Shown: positions 9,261-18,208 of the stretch, in pieces
How positions within the stretch are numbered: position 1 is the first letter of the stretch
How the letters are laid out: every line of letters begins with the position of its first letter
Source: an uncultured Gammaproteobacteria bacterium
GTDB taxonomy: Bacteria > Patescibacteriota > Microgenomatia > UBA8517
DNA: 64,000 nucleotides
Direction of reading: 5' to 3'
NCBI GenBank assembly: GCA_964610395.1
Contig: CAZSXP010000001.1
Span: 63,342-127,341 of the forward strand
Translations under genes and position numbers: made by a program
Notes under the pieces: generated by a model
The model's database searches: none
The model's input: only the letters and a program-made list of their open reading frames with translations
What the model was told of the DNA's origin: nothing

Positions 9261-9964
9261 CACCTAAGATAATTTATGAAGATGATAGCATGCTTATCGT
9301 GGAAAAACCTTCTGGATGGATTACTAACGACGCCAGCACTACTACAACTCAGCCAACTATTCAAAGCTGGTTGCGTTCTAATTTAGAATTTAGAATTAAT
9401 AGTTTTGAGTTTAGAAACGGCATTGTTCATAGACTTGATAAAGAGACATCGGGAATACTTCTTGTAGCAAAGACTATAAATGCATTTGAAGAGCTCCAGA
9501 GGCAATTTAAAGAACGTTTGGTCAGTAAAACATATATTGCTCTAGTACATGGTAAAACATCACACCCGGCGGGTGTGATTTCTGAGCCTGTGGGAAGATT
9601 ACCTTGGAGAAGAGATAGATTTGGAGTATTGGCTGGAGGGCGTGAAGCAGTTACTAAGTATGAAGTTATTTCTTCATATAACTTAGATCTTATAACTTAT
9701 AGCTTATTGAGGCTTATGCCTCAAACCGGCAGGACACATCAAATTAGAATTCATTTAAAACATATTGGTCATCCAATAGTTGCGGATGAATTTTACGCGG
9801 GTCGTAAGACTGCACGCAATGATCGTAAATGGTGTCCTAGATTATTTTTACACGCTGGAAGTATAAGTTTTATACATCCCATCTCAAAGAAAAAAGTAAG
9901 TTTTGAGGCTGAATTACCTACCGACTTAAGTACATCACTTGAACAGCTCACTCTTTTAGCCTAG
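9257..9964 (+). CDS. RluA-family pseudouridine synthase
   Basis: KPSG, HRLDKETSG, TGRTHQIRIH and LFLHA motifs. Confidence 0.93.
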   Translation: MTPKIIYEDDSMLIVEKPSGWITNDASTTTTQPTIQSWLRSNLEFRINSFEFRNGIVHRLDKETSGILLVAKTINAFEELQRQFKERLVSKTYIALVHGKTSHPAGVISEPVGRLPWRRDRFGVLAGGREAVTKYEVISSYNLDLITYSLLRLMPQTGRTHQIRIHLKHIGHPIVADEFYAGRKTARNDRKWCPRLFLHAGSISFIHPISKKKVSFEAELPTDLSTSLEQLTLLA

Positions 9965-9977
9965 TATTAATACTAGT

Positions 9978-11651
9978 ATGGAGATTTCTTTCACACTAGG
10001 ATTATTTATTTGTTTAATTTCTGCCTTAATCGGGGGATATCTAGCCAAACTTTTAAAATTACAGCCTATTATTGGTTATATAATAGCTGGAGTCACAACT
10101 GCCTCAATTTTTCCTGTTGATGGATTGGGAATTGAAAAATTGGCTGAACTTGGTGCAATTCTACTGCTTTTTTCAATTGGATTAGAATTATCTCTTTCTA
10201 AATTTGCAGGAAGTTTTAAAAAGATTTTAGTATCTGCTGTTTTGCAAATGGTGATTGTTACAGCTTTACTTTATTTTATTTTAAAACTTTTAGGATTTGA
10301 TATTCTTTCTTCTCTTGTGCTATCTCTTGGTTTTTCTCTTTCATCAACTGCAGTTGTAGTTAAAACATTAATTGATAGGGGAGAGTCAGAAACTATCCAT
10401 GGAAAATTAATGATTGGTTGGCTTTTGGTTCAAGACTTGGCAGTAATTCCAATAATGATAATTCTTCCTATCTTAGCAAATGGTGGAAGCGGGGCATTAG
10501 TTGGTGGTGCTGTTGCTATTATTAAGGCTACATTTTTAATTACTGTTTCAATTATGTTAGGTAAACATATAGTTCCATTTATAATTCATAAAGTTGCAAG
10601 TGTTAACTCAAGGGAGCTTTTAGTTTTAACATCAGTAGCACTTGCGGTCGGAACTGCTGTTCTTGTTTCTTTTTTTGGAATTTCAGCAACACTTGGAGCT
10701 TTTATTGCAGGTTTTGTCATCTCTGAATCTCAAGAAAATCATGCAGTTTTTGCAGAAACACGTCCTTTACGTGATCTATTTGTAGCACTTTTCTTCGTGA
10801 CCTTAGGATTTTTTGTAAGTTTTACAACAATTTATCAAAATTTTGGCATTATAATATTGCTTTCAATTTTAGTTTTAGTAATTAAATTTTTAGTAATTTT
10901 AGTTATTAACTATTTTGCAAAATATAGTGGTAAAACTATGATTATTACAGCTCTTGGTTTGTCTCAAGTTGGTGAATTTGCCTTTATTATATTAGGCACT
11001 GCTAGTATTCTAAAAATTATTCCAGAGAACACTGCATCTTTGGGAATTGCAGTAAGTCTTGTAACTTTAATTGCAACTCCTTTTATATATAAATTAGCAA
11101 TGCCTTTATGGAGATTTTTAAGTGTTAGGATGAAAGGGTTTTCATCACTTGAAAGAAACACACTTTCAGTGTCAAACTTAACAAATCATATAATTATTTG
11201 TGGTTTTGGTAGAGTAGGGGGTTGGGTAGGGAAAGCACTGGCTGATTATGGAATTAATTTTGTTGTTGTAGATCTTGACCCAAAAATTATTTTTGATTGT
11301 ACTAACAAAGGTATCGTTGCAATACACGGTGACCCGATTGAAAAAGAAGTTTTATTAATGGCAGGTTTGACTTCAGCTAAGGCTGTTGTAATTGCAATTC
11401 CTGATAGACTTTCTCAAGAATCAGTTATAGCTCATATCCAAACTATGACTCCTGAAGTTAGAATTATCTCACGTGTTCATTTGGATGAGGATTATGAAAA
11501 ATTAAAAAGCTTAAGAGTTCATAAATTAGTCCAACCTGAATTTGAAGCTGCTACATCAATAATTAGAAACATATTAGTATCAATGGGTAAAGACAAAGAT
11601 GAAATAAACAAATCGATTAAAAGTTTACGATTATCCCATGCGAAGATCTAG
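9978..11651 (+). CDS. CPA2 cation:proton antiporter with TrkA-N domain (Kef-like)
   Basis: SSTAVV and QDL motifs, many TM segments, C-terminal GFGRVG Rossmann fold. Confidence 0.9.
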   Translation: MEISFTLGLFICLISALIGGYLAKLLKLQPIIGYIIAGVTTASIFPVDGLGIEKLAELGAILLLFSIGLELSLSKFAGSFKKILVSAVLQMVIVTALLYFILKLLGFDILSSLVLSLGFSLSSTAVVVKTLIDRGESETIHGKLMIGWLLVQDLAVIPIMIILPILANGGSGALVGGAVAIIKATFLITVSIMLGKHIVPFIIHKVASVNSRELLVLTSVALAVGTAVLVSFFGISATLGAFIAGFVISESQENHAVFAETRPLRDLFVALFFVTLGFFVSFTTIYQNFGIIILLSILVLVIKFLVILVINYFAKYSGKTMIITALGLSQVGEFAFIILGTASILKIIPENTASLGIAVSLVTLIATPFIYKLAMPLWRFLSVRMKGFSSLERNTLSVSNLTNHIIICGFGRVGGWVGKALADYGINFVVVDLDPKIIFDCTNKGIVAIHGDPIEKEVLLMAGLTSAKAVVIAIPDRLSQESVIAHIQTMTPEVRIISRVHLDEDYEKLKSLRVHKLVQPEFEAATSIIRNILVSMGKDKDEINKSIKSLRLSHAKI

Positions 11652-12420
11652 TCAAATAAGAATTAAGAAAGAAAAATTAAAAATTAAAACAAGAACGATG
11701 TTATATTTGTTTTTAACTTTAATATTTATATTTCTAGCATTTTTGATTTTTAAAGTTTTTTCTCTAGATAAATTTATTTACGTTAGCAAAACGAGTGATA
11801 ATTTAACAGAAATTGTTGTAGTTGATCCCAAAAAAGATAAAAACATAATATATAGGATACCAGCAGGAACAGTCTTAAAAAGTTCAAGAGGTTTAGGTGA
11901 ATATAAAATAGAAAGTCTTTGGATACTTGCTAAAAAAGAAAATTTTGAAGGTAAATTAGTTTCTGAATCGATATCTAGTAATTATTTCATCCCTCTTTAT
12001 TTATGGAAAGATGGTCTAAAAACTAACTTGAATATTTTCCAAAGAGTAAAAGTATTTTTTAATAAATATCAAAACAATAATAAAGACCTTGATCTTATGT
12101 CTTTTGATTTACCAAGCTCAACACTAATCGATTTTATTGACAATGATATCCAAGAAGCAGGTTTGTCTGTTGAACTCAATGATTTAACGGGTGATCAATA
12201 TGTTATTAAATATGTGTCATCAATTCTTGGAAATTTAGGAACTAAGATATCAACCTACACTAAAGGTTATGAAGAAGACTTTGATTGTGAGATATATGGA
12301 GGCAACACAAAAGCTATAAAAGTTATAGCTAATATTTTTGATTGCAAAATAAACAAGGAAGATATAACTACATCAGATATTAAAATAAAATTAGGAGGCA
12401 AATTCGCCGATAGGTTCTAA
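11638..12420 (+). CDS. Membrane-anchored hypothetical protein
   Basis: ORF with one N-terminal TM; C-terminus resembles LytR_C. Confidence 0.55.
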   Translation: MRRSSQIRIKKEKLKIKTRTMLYLFLTLIFIFLAFLIFKVFSLDKFIYVSKTSDNLTEIVVVDPKKDKNIIYRIPAGTVLKSSRGLGEYKIESLWILAKKENFEGKLVSESISSNYFIPLYLWKDGLKTNLNIFQRVKVFFNKYQNNNKDLDLMSFDLPSSTLIDFIDNDIQEAGLSVELNDLTGDQYVIKYVSSILGNLGTKISTYTKGYEEDFDCEIYGGNTKAIKVIANIFDCKINKEDITTSDIKIKLGGKFADRF

Positions 12421-13032
12421 TACTTCAACTGGAAATGAGTTTATTTTTTCATGACCCTTGCCCTTTTTAGTCTCCTTAATAATTATCTTGATATTTTCTT
12501 TACTTGCAGACATTATTATTACCCTATATTCATAACCCTCTTTAGTTAATAGTCTAAGCCTTGCAGATAAATCATCAGGCAATTTACCAATATATTTCTT
12601 GTCGTGTGTGACAACTGTCACTCTGTGAGAGTGTGTTGATAGAAAGACCTCATCACCTGAATCAAGAGATGAAATAATGTTTTCAGAACATAAATTAAGT
12701 AGCTGAGTTAGTTTTGTTGTTCCCATCTCTTCAATAAAATCAGAAGCGTTTACGTTTTGACCATTAGTTATATGATTATTTAGTTTCACTTTTTGATATT
12801 TTTCAACCGCTTTTTCGGCAATTTTATTTGATGGTTCAATCTTTAATACTTTAAGGGAGGCACTTTTCGCCTTTTTTATATCTCCTGATTCAAAATAAGC
12901 GCGGGCTAAACGATTGAGTGCTTCAATATCATTTTTATCTTGAGATAATAGTATCTTGTTTATTTTTATAGCTTCACTCCAATCACATTTTAGAGCTGAA
13001 TTAATGGCTGTTTGGGCTAAATTATCATACAT
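12391..13032 (-). CDS. TPR-containing protein with HIRAN-like C-terminal domain
   Basis: TPR helices (ALNRLARAY); YIGKLPDDLS. Confidence 0.65.
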   Translation of the reverse strand: MYDNLAQTAINSALKCDWSEAIKINKILLSQDKNDIEALNRLARAYFESGDIKKAKSASLKVLKIEPSNKIAEKAVEKYQKVKLNNHITNGQNVNASDFIEEMGTTKLTQLLNLCSENIISSLDSGDEVFLSTHSHRVTVVTHDKKYIGKLPDDLSARLRLLTKEGYEYRVIIMSASKENIKIIIKETKKGKGHEKINSFPVEVLEPIGEFAS

Positions 13033-13051
13033 GATATAATTGTAATATAGT

Positions 13052-13762
13052 ATGTCAGGTCATTCACATTTTGCAACAATTAAAAGACAAAAAGGATTAA
13101 AAGACGCGGCTAAAGGCAATATTTTTGGCAAACTTTCAAAAACTATTTCTATTGCTATAAAGTCGGGGGGAAGCACCAATCCTGATATGAACTTCAAACT
13201 TCGTGTAGCAATTGATAAAGCCAGAGAATTTAACATGCCAAAGGAAAATATAGATAGAATTCTAAAATCTGCAGAAGAAAAAATGGATAGTATTGAAGAA
13301 ATTACATATGAAGGATTTGGACCTTTTGGAATGACTGTGGTTGTTGAGACGGCAACGGATAATAAAAATAGAACAGCTCAAGAAATCAAAACTTTGTTTG
13401 AAAAGAATGGGGGAGCAATGGGTGGACCAAATTCAGTTTTACACAATTTTGATCATAAAGGATTTTTATTAATTGAAAAAACAGATGATCCTGATTCACA
13501 AACCTTAACAATTATTGATTTAGGAGTAGAGGATATTAAGGATAGCGAAGATGGACTTGAAGTTTATACATTACCAGACAAGCTAAAAGAAATAAGCGAT
13601 AAACTCGAAAGTATTGGCTATAAGGTTCTAAAAAGAGAACTTACTATGGTACCTAAAATTTATTTAGAAATTACTGATAATGATCAAATTAAAAAATTAA
13701 CTAATTTTATCGATAATTTTGAAAATCATGATGATGTGCAAAAGGTATATCATAATTTTTAA
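13052..13762 (+). CDS. yebC: YebC/PmpR family protein
   Basis: MSGHS, YEGFGP, TDNKNRT and DDVQKVYHN motifs. Confidence 0.95.
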   Translation: MSGHSHFATIKRQKGLKDAAKGNIFGKLSKTISIAIKSGGSTNPDMNFKLRVAIDKAREFNMPKENIDRILKSAEEKMDSIEEITYEGFGPFGMTVVVETATDNKNRTAQEIKTLFEKNGGAMGGPNSVLHNFDHKGFLLIEKTDDPDSQTLTIIDLGVEDIKDSEDGLEVYTLPDKLKEISDKLESIGYKVLKRELTMVPKIYLEITDNDQIKKLTNFIDNFENHDDVQKVYHNF

Positions 13763-13779
13763 ATTATATTTTTAATAAT

Positions 13780-14547
13780 ATGTCTAAAAGATTGAGGTTT
13801 ATAATTTCATCACTTTTCCTTTCGGCGGGATTTATTTGGATTCAATTTATTGATGATTCAACTAAATTTTTAGCAATTGCTATTTTAGTTTTGTTAACAG
13901 GCATTTTTTCTTTTTGGTCATTTTATGAAGGTTTAGCAAAAAACATGACCCTTCTGTCGTTAATTTTACCAATGCTTTTCACTCTTGGAGTTGGTATTTT
14001 TTGGTTTTTACTACCAGTTAGTATTTATACACGTATTCCCATTGTCATTTTTTATGGTTTAGGCATATATATCCTTTCTTCAACCATGAATATTTATACA
14101 GTTTCCTCACAAAAAACAATTGCACTTTTAAGAGCAGCCCATGGTGTTGGTTTTGTTTTAACACTTTTAACTTCCTTTTTACTTTTTGATGCAATTTTGT
14201 CTATAAGACTTAATCTTTTATATTCTTCATTTTTAGTTTTTATTTCTTCATTTTTACTTTTCTGGCAAGGTATGTGGTCAATAGAGCTTGAAAAAGAATT
14301 TGATATGAAAACTTTTCAAATGGCACTTGTTTCAGGTTTGATAGTAGCTGAGCTTTCAGCGCTTATATTCTTCTGGCCAGTAACAGTCGTTGTAGGCTCA
14401 CTTTTTTTAACCAGTGGGGTATACCTGCTGTTGGGCCTGGGACAGGCAAAAATTGAAGATAGATTATTTCCATCTGTGGTCAGAGAGTACTTAACAGTAG
14501 GTTTAATTGTACTTATTGGTATGTTTTTTGCTACTAGATGGGGGTAA
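13780..14547 (+). CDS. Multi-pass membrane protein
   Basis: About 9 TM segments, TIALLRAA motif. Confidence 0.6.
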   Translation: MSKRLRFIISSLFLSAGFIWIQFIDDSTKFLAIAILVLLTGIFSFWSFYEGLAKNMTLLSLILPMLFTLGVGIFWFLLPVSIYTRIPIVIFYGLGIYILSSTMNIYTVSSQKTIALLRAAHGVGFVLTLLTSFLLFDAILSIRLNLLYSSFLVFISSFLLFWQGMWSIELEKEFDMKTFQMALVSGLIVAELSALIFFWPVTVVVGSLFLTSGVYLLLGLGQAKIEDRLFPSVVREYLTVGLIVLIGMFFATRWG

Positions 14548-14639
14548 AAGGGGAGTAGGGCCTAGAACCCCATAATTATGGGGTATGTTTTCACAGAGCA
14601 GGGAAGAGTTTTCACGAAATGATATAGTTTGATACATTG

Positions 14640-14648
14640 TGTGGATAA
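14640..14648 (-). promoter_or_regulatory. Perfect DnaA box
   Basis: TGTGGATAA is the reverse complement of TTATCCACA; degenerate GTTTTCACA/G boxes nearby. Confidence 0.4.
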
Positions 14649-14781
14649 CTTAATATTTTACTTTTTGGAGGAGTAGACTCTCTAACTAATAACAAGCTTA
14701 CTTATATTTGGCATAAATCCTTCTTACCTAGACTATCTATTTATTAACCTAACACCCCAACTAAATGTCTGTCAAAATACT

Positions 14782-14809
14782 ATGTCGTACAATAATACTT
14801 TTACGACGT
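14782..14809. other. dif-like 11-6-11 recombination site
   Basis: ATGTCGTACAA-TAATAC-TTTTACGACGT; arms are 9/11 inverted-complementary; about 550 bp upstream of a Xer recombinase. Confidence 0.55.
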
Positions 14810-15288
14810 AATATATAATGTTGAGAGTAGTGTGGTAAGCAATTAATAAATAAAAATTAAGAATTAATAAATATTTTCTACATATGCAAATAAAGTTTTT
14901 TATGTTATTTTATCTTTCTTATTTCTTAACTCTTAACTATTAATTACTTGAGCCTGCCAAGGCTTTATAGGTCCCCTGAAATTTTATTTTTATAGAAGAG
15001 TTGTGTTAGTCCGAAAATACGGGATTAAGTTTAAATGATTAACTACCCGTCTTTTGTTTTAGACAGGCCTTAGAATCGATTTGGTGAGTTCATATTCTTC
15101 TTCTATAGCAGATAAATTCTGTATATAAACTACAAATATATAAGTTTTATAATTTATTTGTATTGTTAGTTTGTTAAATAGTTTTTGATGTTTTGTTAAT
15201 TATTAATTATTAACTCTTAATTTTTAATTTCCAGCAGGGGACTCCTCCCCCACTTTCCTTTTCACTCGTGAAAACTTTTGATAAATAA

Positions 15289-15311
15289 ATTGCAGGGTCA
15301 GACCCTGCAAT
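15289..15311. repeat. 23-bp REP-like palindrome, copy 1 (intergenic)
   Basis: ATTGCAGGGTC-A-GACCCTGCAAT; identical to 21234-21256. Confidence 0.85.
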
Positions 15312-15328
15312 GTCGTCGCACAATGTTA

Positions 15329-15357
15329 TTGACACATTCCCCAAATAAAGATAGTAT
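15329..15357 (+). promoter_or_regulatory. Sigma70 promoter of xer gene
   Basis: TTGACA-N17-TAGTAT, ATG 8 nt downstream, no SD. Confidence 0.65.
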
Positions 15358-15365
15358 TTATTTAG

Positions 15366-16298
15366 ATGAATTCTGCCCAAACGAAAAATTCTGAAATATC
15401 AAAAAAAATAGATGATTTTTTAGATTATTTATCTGTTGAAAAAGGATGCTCCCCTCTTACAATTAGAAATTACAAACACTATCTTGGGAGATTAGATGCT
15501 TGGTTAATTAGAACGCTTAGAAAAACAAAGATAGAAGATATAAAACCTGATACTATTCACGATTTTAGAGCTTATCTTGCTAAACTTGGTTTAGGTAAGA
15601 AAACACAAGGATATCATGCAATTGCTCTACGATCGTTTTTAAAATGGTTAATTAGAAATGATTATTCTGTCATGGCGCCTGATAAAATTGAACTTCCAAA
15701 AATTCCTGATAGACAGGTTAAATTTCTAAATGGTGAACAGATAGATAGACTGTTAAATGCACCAACCATGTCTGACATTCAAGGTATCAGAGACAAAGCA
15801 ATTTTAGAAGTTTTATTTTCCACAGGTCTTCGTGTGTCTGAGCTGACAAATCTTGATATTGAAAAAATTGATTTTGATAGACGAGAATTTGGAATTACAG
15901 GTAAAGGTGGAAGGGCAAGAGTAGTCTTTTTATCTTCTAGATCATCGGATTATTTAAAAAAGTATTTGAATGAAAGAAAAGACCATTTTAAACCTTTATT
16001 TATTCGTCACAAAGGAAAGATCGATCCTACTATGGAGGATAACAAAATGCGTCTCACTCCCCGATCGATCGAGCGACTTTTAAAAAAATATGTTAGAAAA
16101 GTTAAACTTCCAATTGATGCAACCCCACACACAATGAGGCATTCATATGCTACAGATTTACTTGTTGCAGGGGCTGATATAAGATCTGTTCAGGAGATGT
16201 TGGGACATAAGAATATATCAACTACTCAAATTTATACTCACGTTACTAATAAACAACTTCATGATATCCACGAAACATTTCATGGGAGGGGAAAATAG
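15366..16298 (+). CDS. Xer-family tyrosine recombinase
   Basis: SAM-like N-terminal domain; TGLRVSEL, HTMRHSYAT and LGH..ISTTQIYTH motifs. Confidence 0.92.
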   Translation: MNSAQTKNSEISKKIDDFLDYLSVEKGCSPLTIRNYKHYLGRLDAWLIRTLRKTKIEDIKPDTIHDFRAYLAKLGLGKKTQGYHAIALRSFLKWLIRNDYSVMAPDKIELPKIPDRQVKFLNGEQIDRLLNAPTMSDIQGIRDKAILEVLFSTGLRVSELTNLDIEKIDFDRREFGITGKGGRARVVFLSSRSSDYLKKYLNERKDHFKPLFIRHKGKIDPTMEDNKMRLTPRSIERLLKKYVRKVKLPIDATPHTMRHSYATDLLVAGADIRSVQEMLGHKNISTTQIYTHVTNKQLHDIHETFHGRGK

Positions 16299-16317
16299 TA
16301 TATAATTAACTTTCAGT

Positions 16318-16542
16318 GTGACAACTGAAAATAAACAATTTTTTAATCTTCCTCAAGGTAAAACCAGCGGTTTTTGTCAACCTACTAATTCATCAGTTTG
16401 GAAAGATGGGGGTACTGTTGTCAATATTAATAAAGATTGTCAACCTTGTTCAAATGGAAAATGTATGATGTTTGAAATTATTTATAATGAAAATGGAGAT
16501 GAGATTGGTAAAAAATATACACCTCATGAACCAATGTGGTGA
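16318..16542 (+). CDS. Small hypothetical protein (Cys-containing)
   Basis: 74-aa ORF filling the intergenic gap, TATAAT upstream. Confidence 0.45.
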   Translation: MTTENKQFFNLPQGKTSGFCQPTNSSVWKDGGTVVNINKDCQPCSNGKCMMFEIIYNENGDEIGKKYTPHEPMW

Positions 16543-16554
16543 TATACTTATTTC

Positions 16555-17523
16555 ATGAAAAAAATATTTATTTGGTTATTTATAACTTTATTTTTTTTAA
16601 TAGGTATGATTTTGGGAGTAGTTGGATACACGAAATTTTTTTCTAAAGAAAAAAATAATAACCAATCATCAAACACCAATTATCCCTTACCTATTTTAAT
16701 AGAAGAAGAAAGAGAAACTAGCAAAGACGCTAAGACTTTTAATATTTTACTAACTGGGAATGGTGGATCTGGTCATTCTGGCGGAGGACTTATGGATGCA
16801 ATAATTGTTGTCCATATTAATGTAACGGATAAAAAAGCAAACATAATTTCATTTCCTCGTGATTTTTGGTTTTCAGGACATAAAATAAATGCTGATCCAT
16901 CATTAAAAGATGCATTGACAGGAGTAACAGGTCTTGCTATTTCTAACTTTATATCTATTGATTTTAACTCTTTTATCAAGATGGTTGATTTGATAGAAGG
17001 GATTACAGTTGATGTTAAAAAAGCATATACAGATAATTTTTATCCAGTTCGAGGACTTGAAAATGAACTTTGTGGAAAGTTGCCTGATGAGGTTGCCAGT
17101 TTACATGCAAAATACTCAGGTTTTGAACTTGAAAAACAATTTGACTGCCGATATGAGACCATTTCATATAATGTAGGCTTACATCAAATGAACGGTGAAG
17201 AAGCCTTAAAATATGTTAGAAGTCGTCACGGAGGTAGTGATTTTGAGAGGTCAGGACATCAATTTGAAGTTTTAAAAGCAATACTTCAAAAAGCAAATAT
17301 TAAAGATATATCTAATCTATTTAATTTAGTTAATACTGATTTAGATTTGGATAAAGTAAATAAAATACTAACTGATATTGGAAATCCATTGGATTATGCC
17401 ATTTCATATTTAGGTGTATCTGATCAAAATGTATTAACACAGAGTAAAAGTTCTGCAGGAGCTTATATATTAATTCCAAAAGAAGGAATAAATATTAAAG
17501 ACTATATGAGAGAGTCACTGTAA
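16555..17523 (+). CDS. LCP (LytR-CpsA-Psr) family protein
   Basis: TM; D.IIVV, SFPRD, KINA, ALKYVRSRH and SDFER motifs. Confidence 0.88.
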   Translation: MKKIFIWLFITLFFLIGMILGVVGYTKFFSKEKNNNQSSNTNYPLPILIEEERETSKDAKTFNILLTGNGGSGHSGGGLMDAIIVVHINVTDKKANIISFPRDFWFSGHKINADPSLKDALTGVTGLAISNFISIDFNSFIKMVDLIEGITVDVKKAYTDNFYPVRGLENELCGKLPDEVASLHAKYSGFELEKQFDCRYETISYNVGLHQMNGEEALKYVRSRHGGSDFERSGHQFEVLKAILQKANIKDISNLFNLVNTDLDLDKVNKILTDIGNPLDYAISYLGVSDQNVLTQSKSSAGAYILIPKEGINIKDYMRESL

Positions 17524-18193
17524 CAGATATTTCTGTTTCTCCTGGGGTGACATTTGCTTTTTCTAATTCCATCATTGGTCTTGGATAATCAACTCCTTGA
17601 GATTCTGTCACATTTATGATTTTTCCTAGTGTAATTCCTGCGGCTTTGGCCAGTCCTTCTGCTTTTGTCTTGGCAAGTTTAACAGCTTCCTCACGCGCTT
17701 TTTGAGTCATTTCTTCTTTTGTTTTGTCATTTACTTCAAAACTTAAATTGCCAATGACATTAGCACCGGCCGAAGTGGCTACAACTAGTGCGTCGTTGAC
17801 AATGCCAAAATCTGTAATTTTTACTTCGTAATTTATTGATACTCTATACCCATTTATTCTGTATGGAGTAGTCTGATAATCATATTCAGGACTGACACTA
17901 TAATTTGTTGTCTTGATATCTTTTTCATCAATTCCTAATTTTTTAAGAGAATCTGTTAAGTTTTTGGACTTGACGTTTACGTCACTTTGAGCCTGCTTAA
18001 GGCTCTGCCCTTGTGCCTCAATTCCCAAGCTAACTTTTGCTATATCTGGTACAACAGTTACTTTTCCAGTATCAGAAACAATCATGGGTTCACCTTTTGA
18101 CTGAGTTAAAACAGAAATTGGAAGATTTGGTCCAAATTTAGAATAAACAAAAAGAAGTATAAAAAATATTATTATTCCTCCAATTCTTTTCAT
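17495..18193 (-). CDS. SIMPL/DUF541 domain protein
   Basis: GKVTVVPD.A and AREEAV..AK.KA..LA motifs. Confidence 0.85.
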   Translation of the reverse strand: MKRIGGIIIFFILLFVYSKFGPNLPISVLTQSKGEPMIVSDTGKVTVVPDIAKVSLGIEAQGQSLKQAQSDVNVKSKNLTDSLKKLGIDEKDIKTTNYSVSPEYDYQTTPYRINGYRVSINYEVKITDFGIVNDALVVATSAGANVIGNLSFEVNDKTKEEMTQKAREEAVKLAKTKAEGLAKAAGITLGKIINVTESQGVDYPRPMMELEKANVTPGETEISVTVTLSYSL

Positions 18194-18208
18194 ATTATAA
18201 TAGTACCA

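Noticed and set aside
14548-15365. CRISPR array, tmRNA or RNase P RNA in the long intergenic region
   Set aside because: No regularly spaced repeats, no GAGGAAAGTCC and no tRNA-like tmRNA ends found
15366-16298. Tyrosine recombinase as integrase of a prophage or integron driving the cassettes
   Set aside because: Looks like a chromosomal Xer among core genes; no phage genes, attC arrays or integron-specific insertion seen
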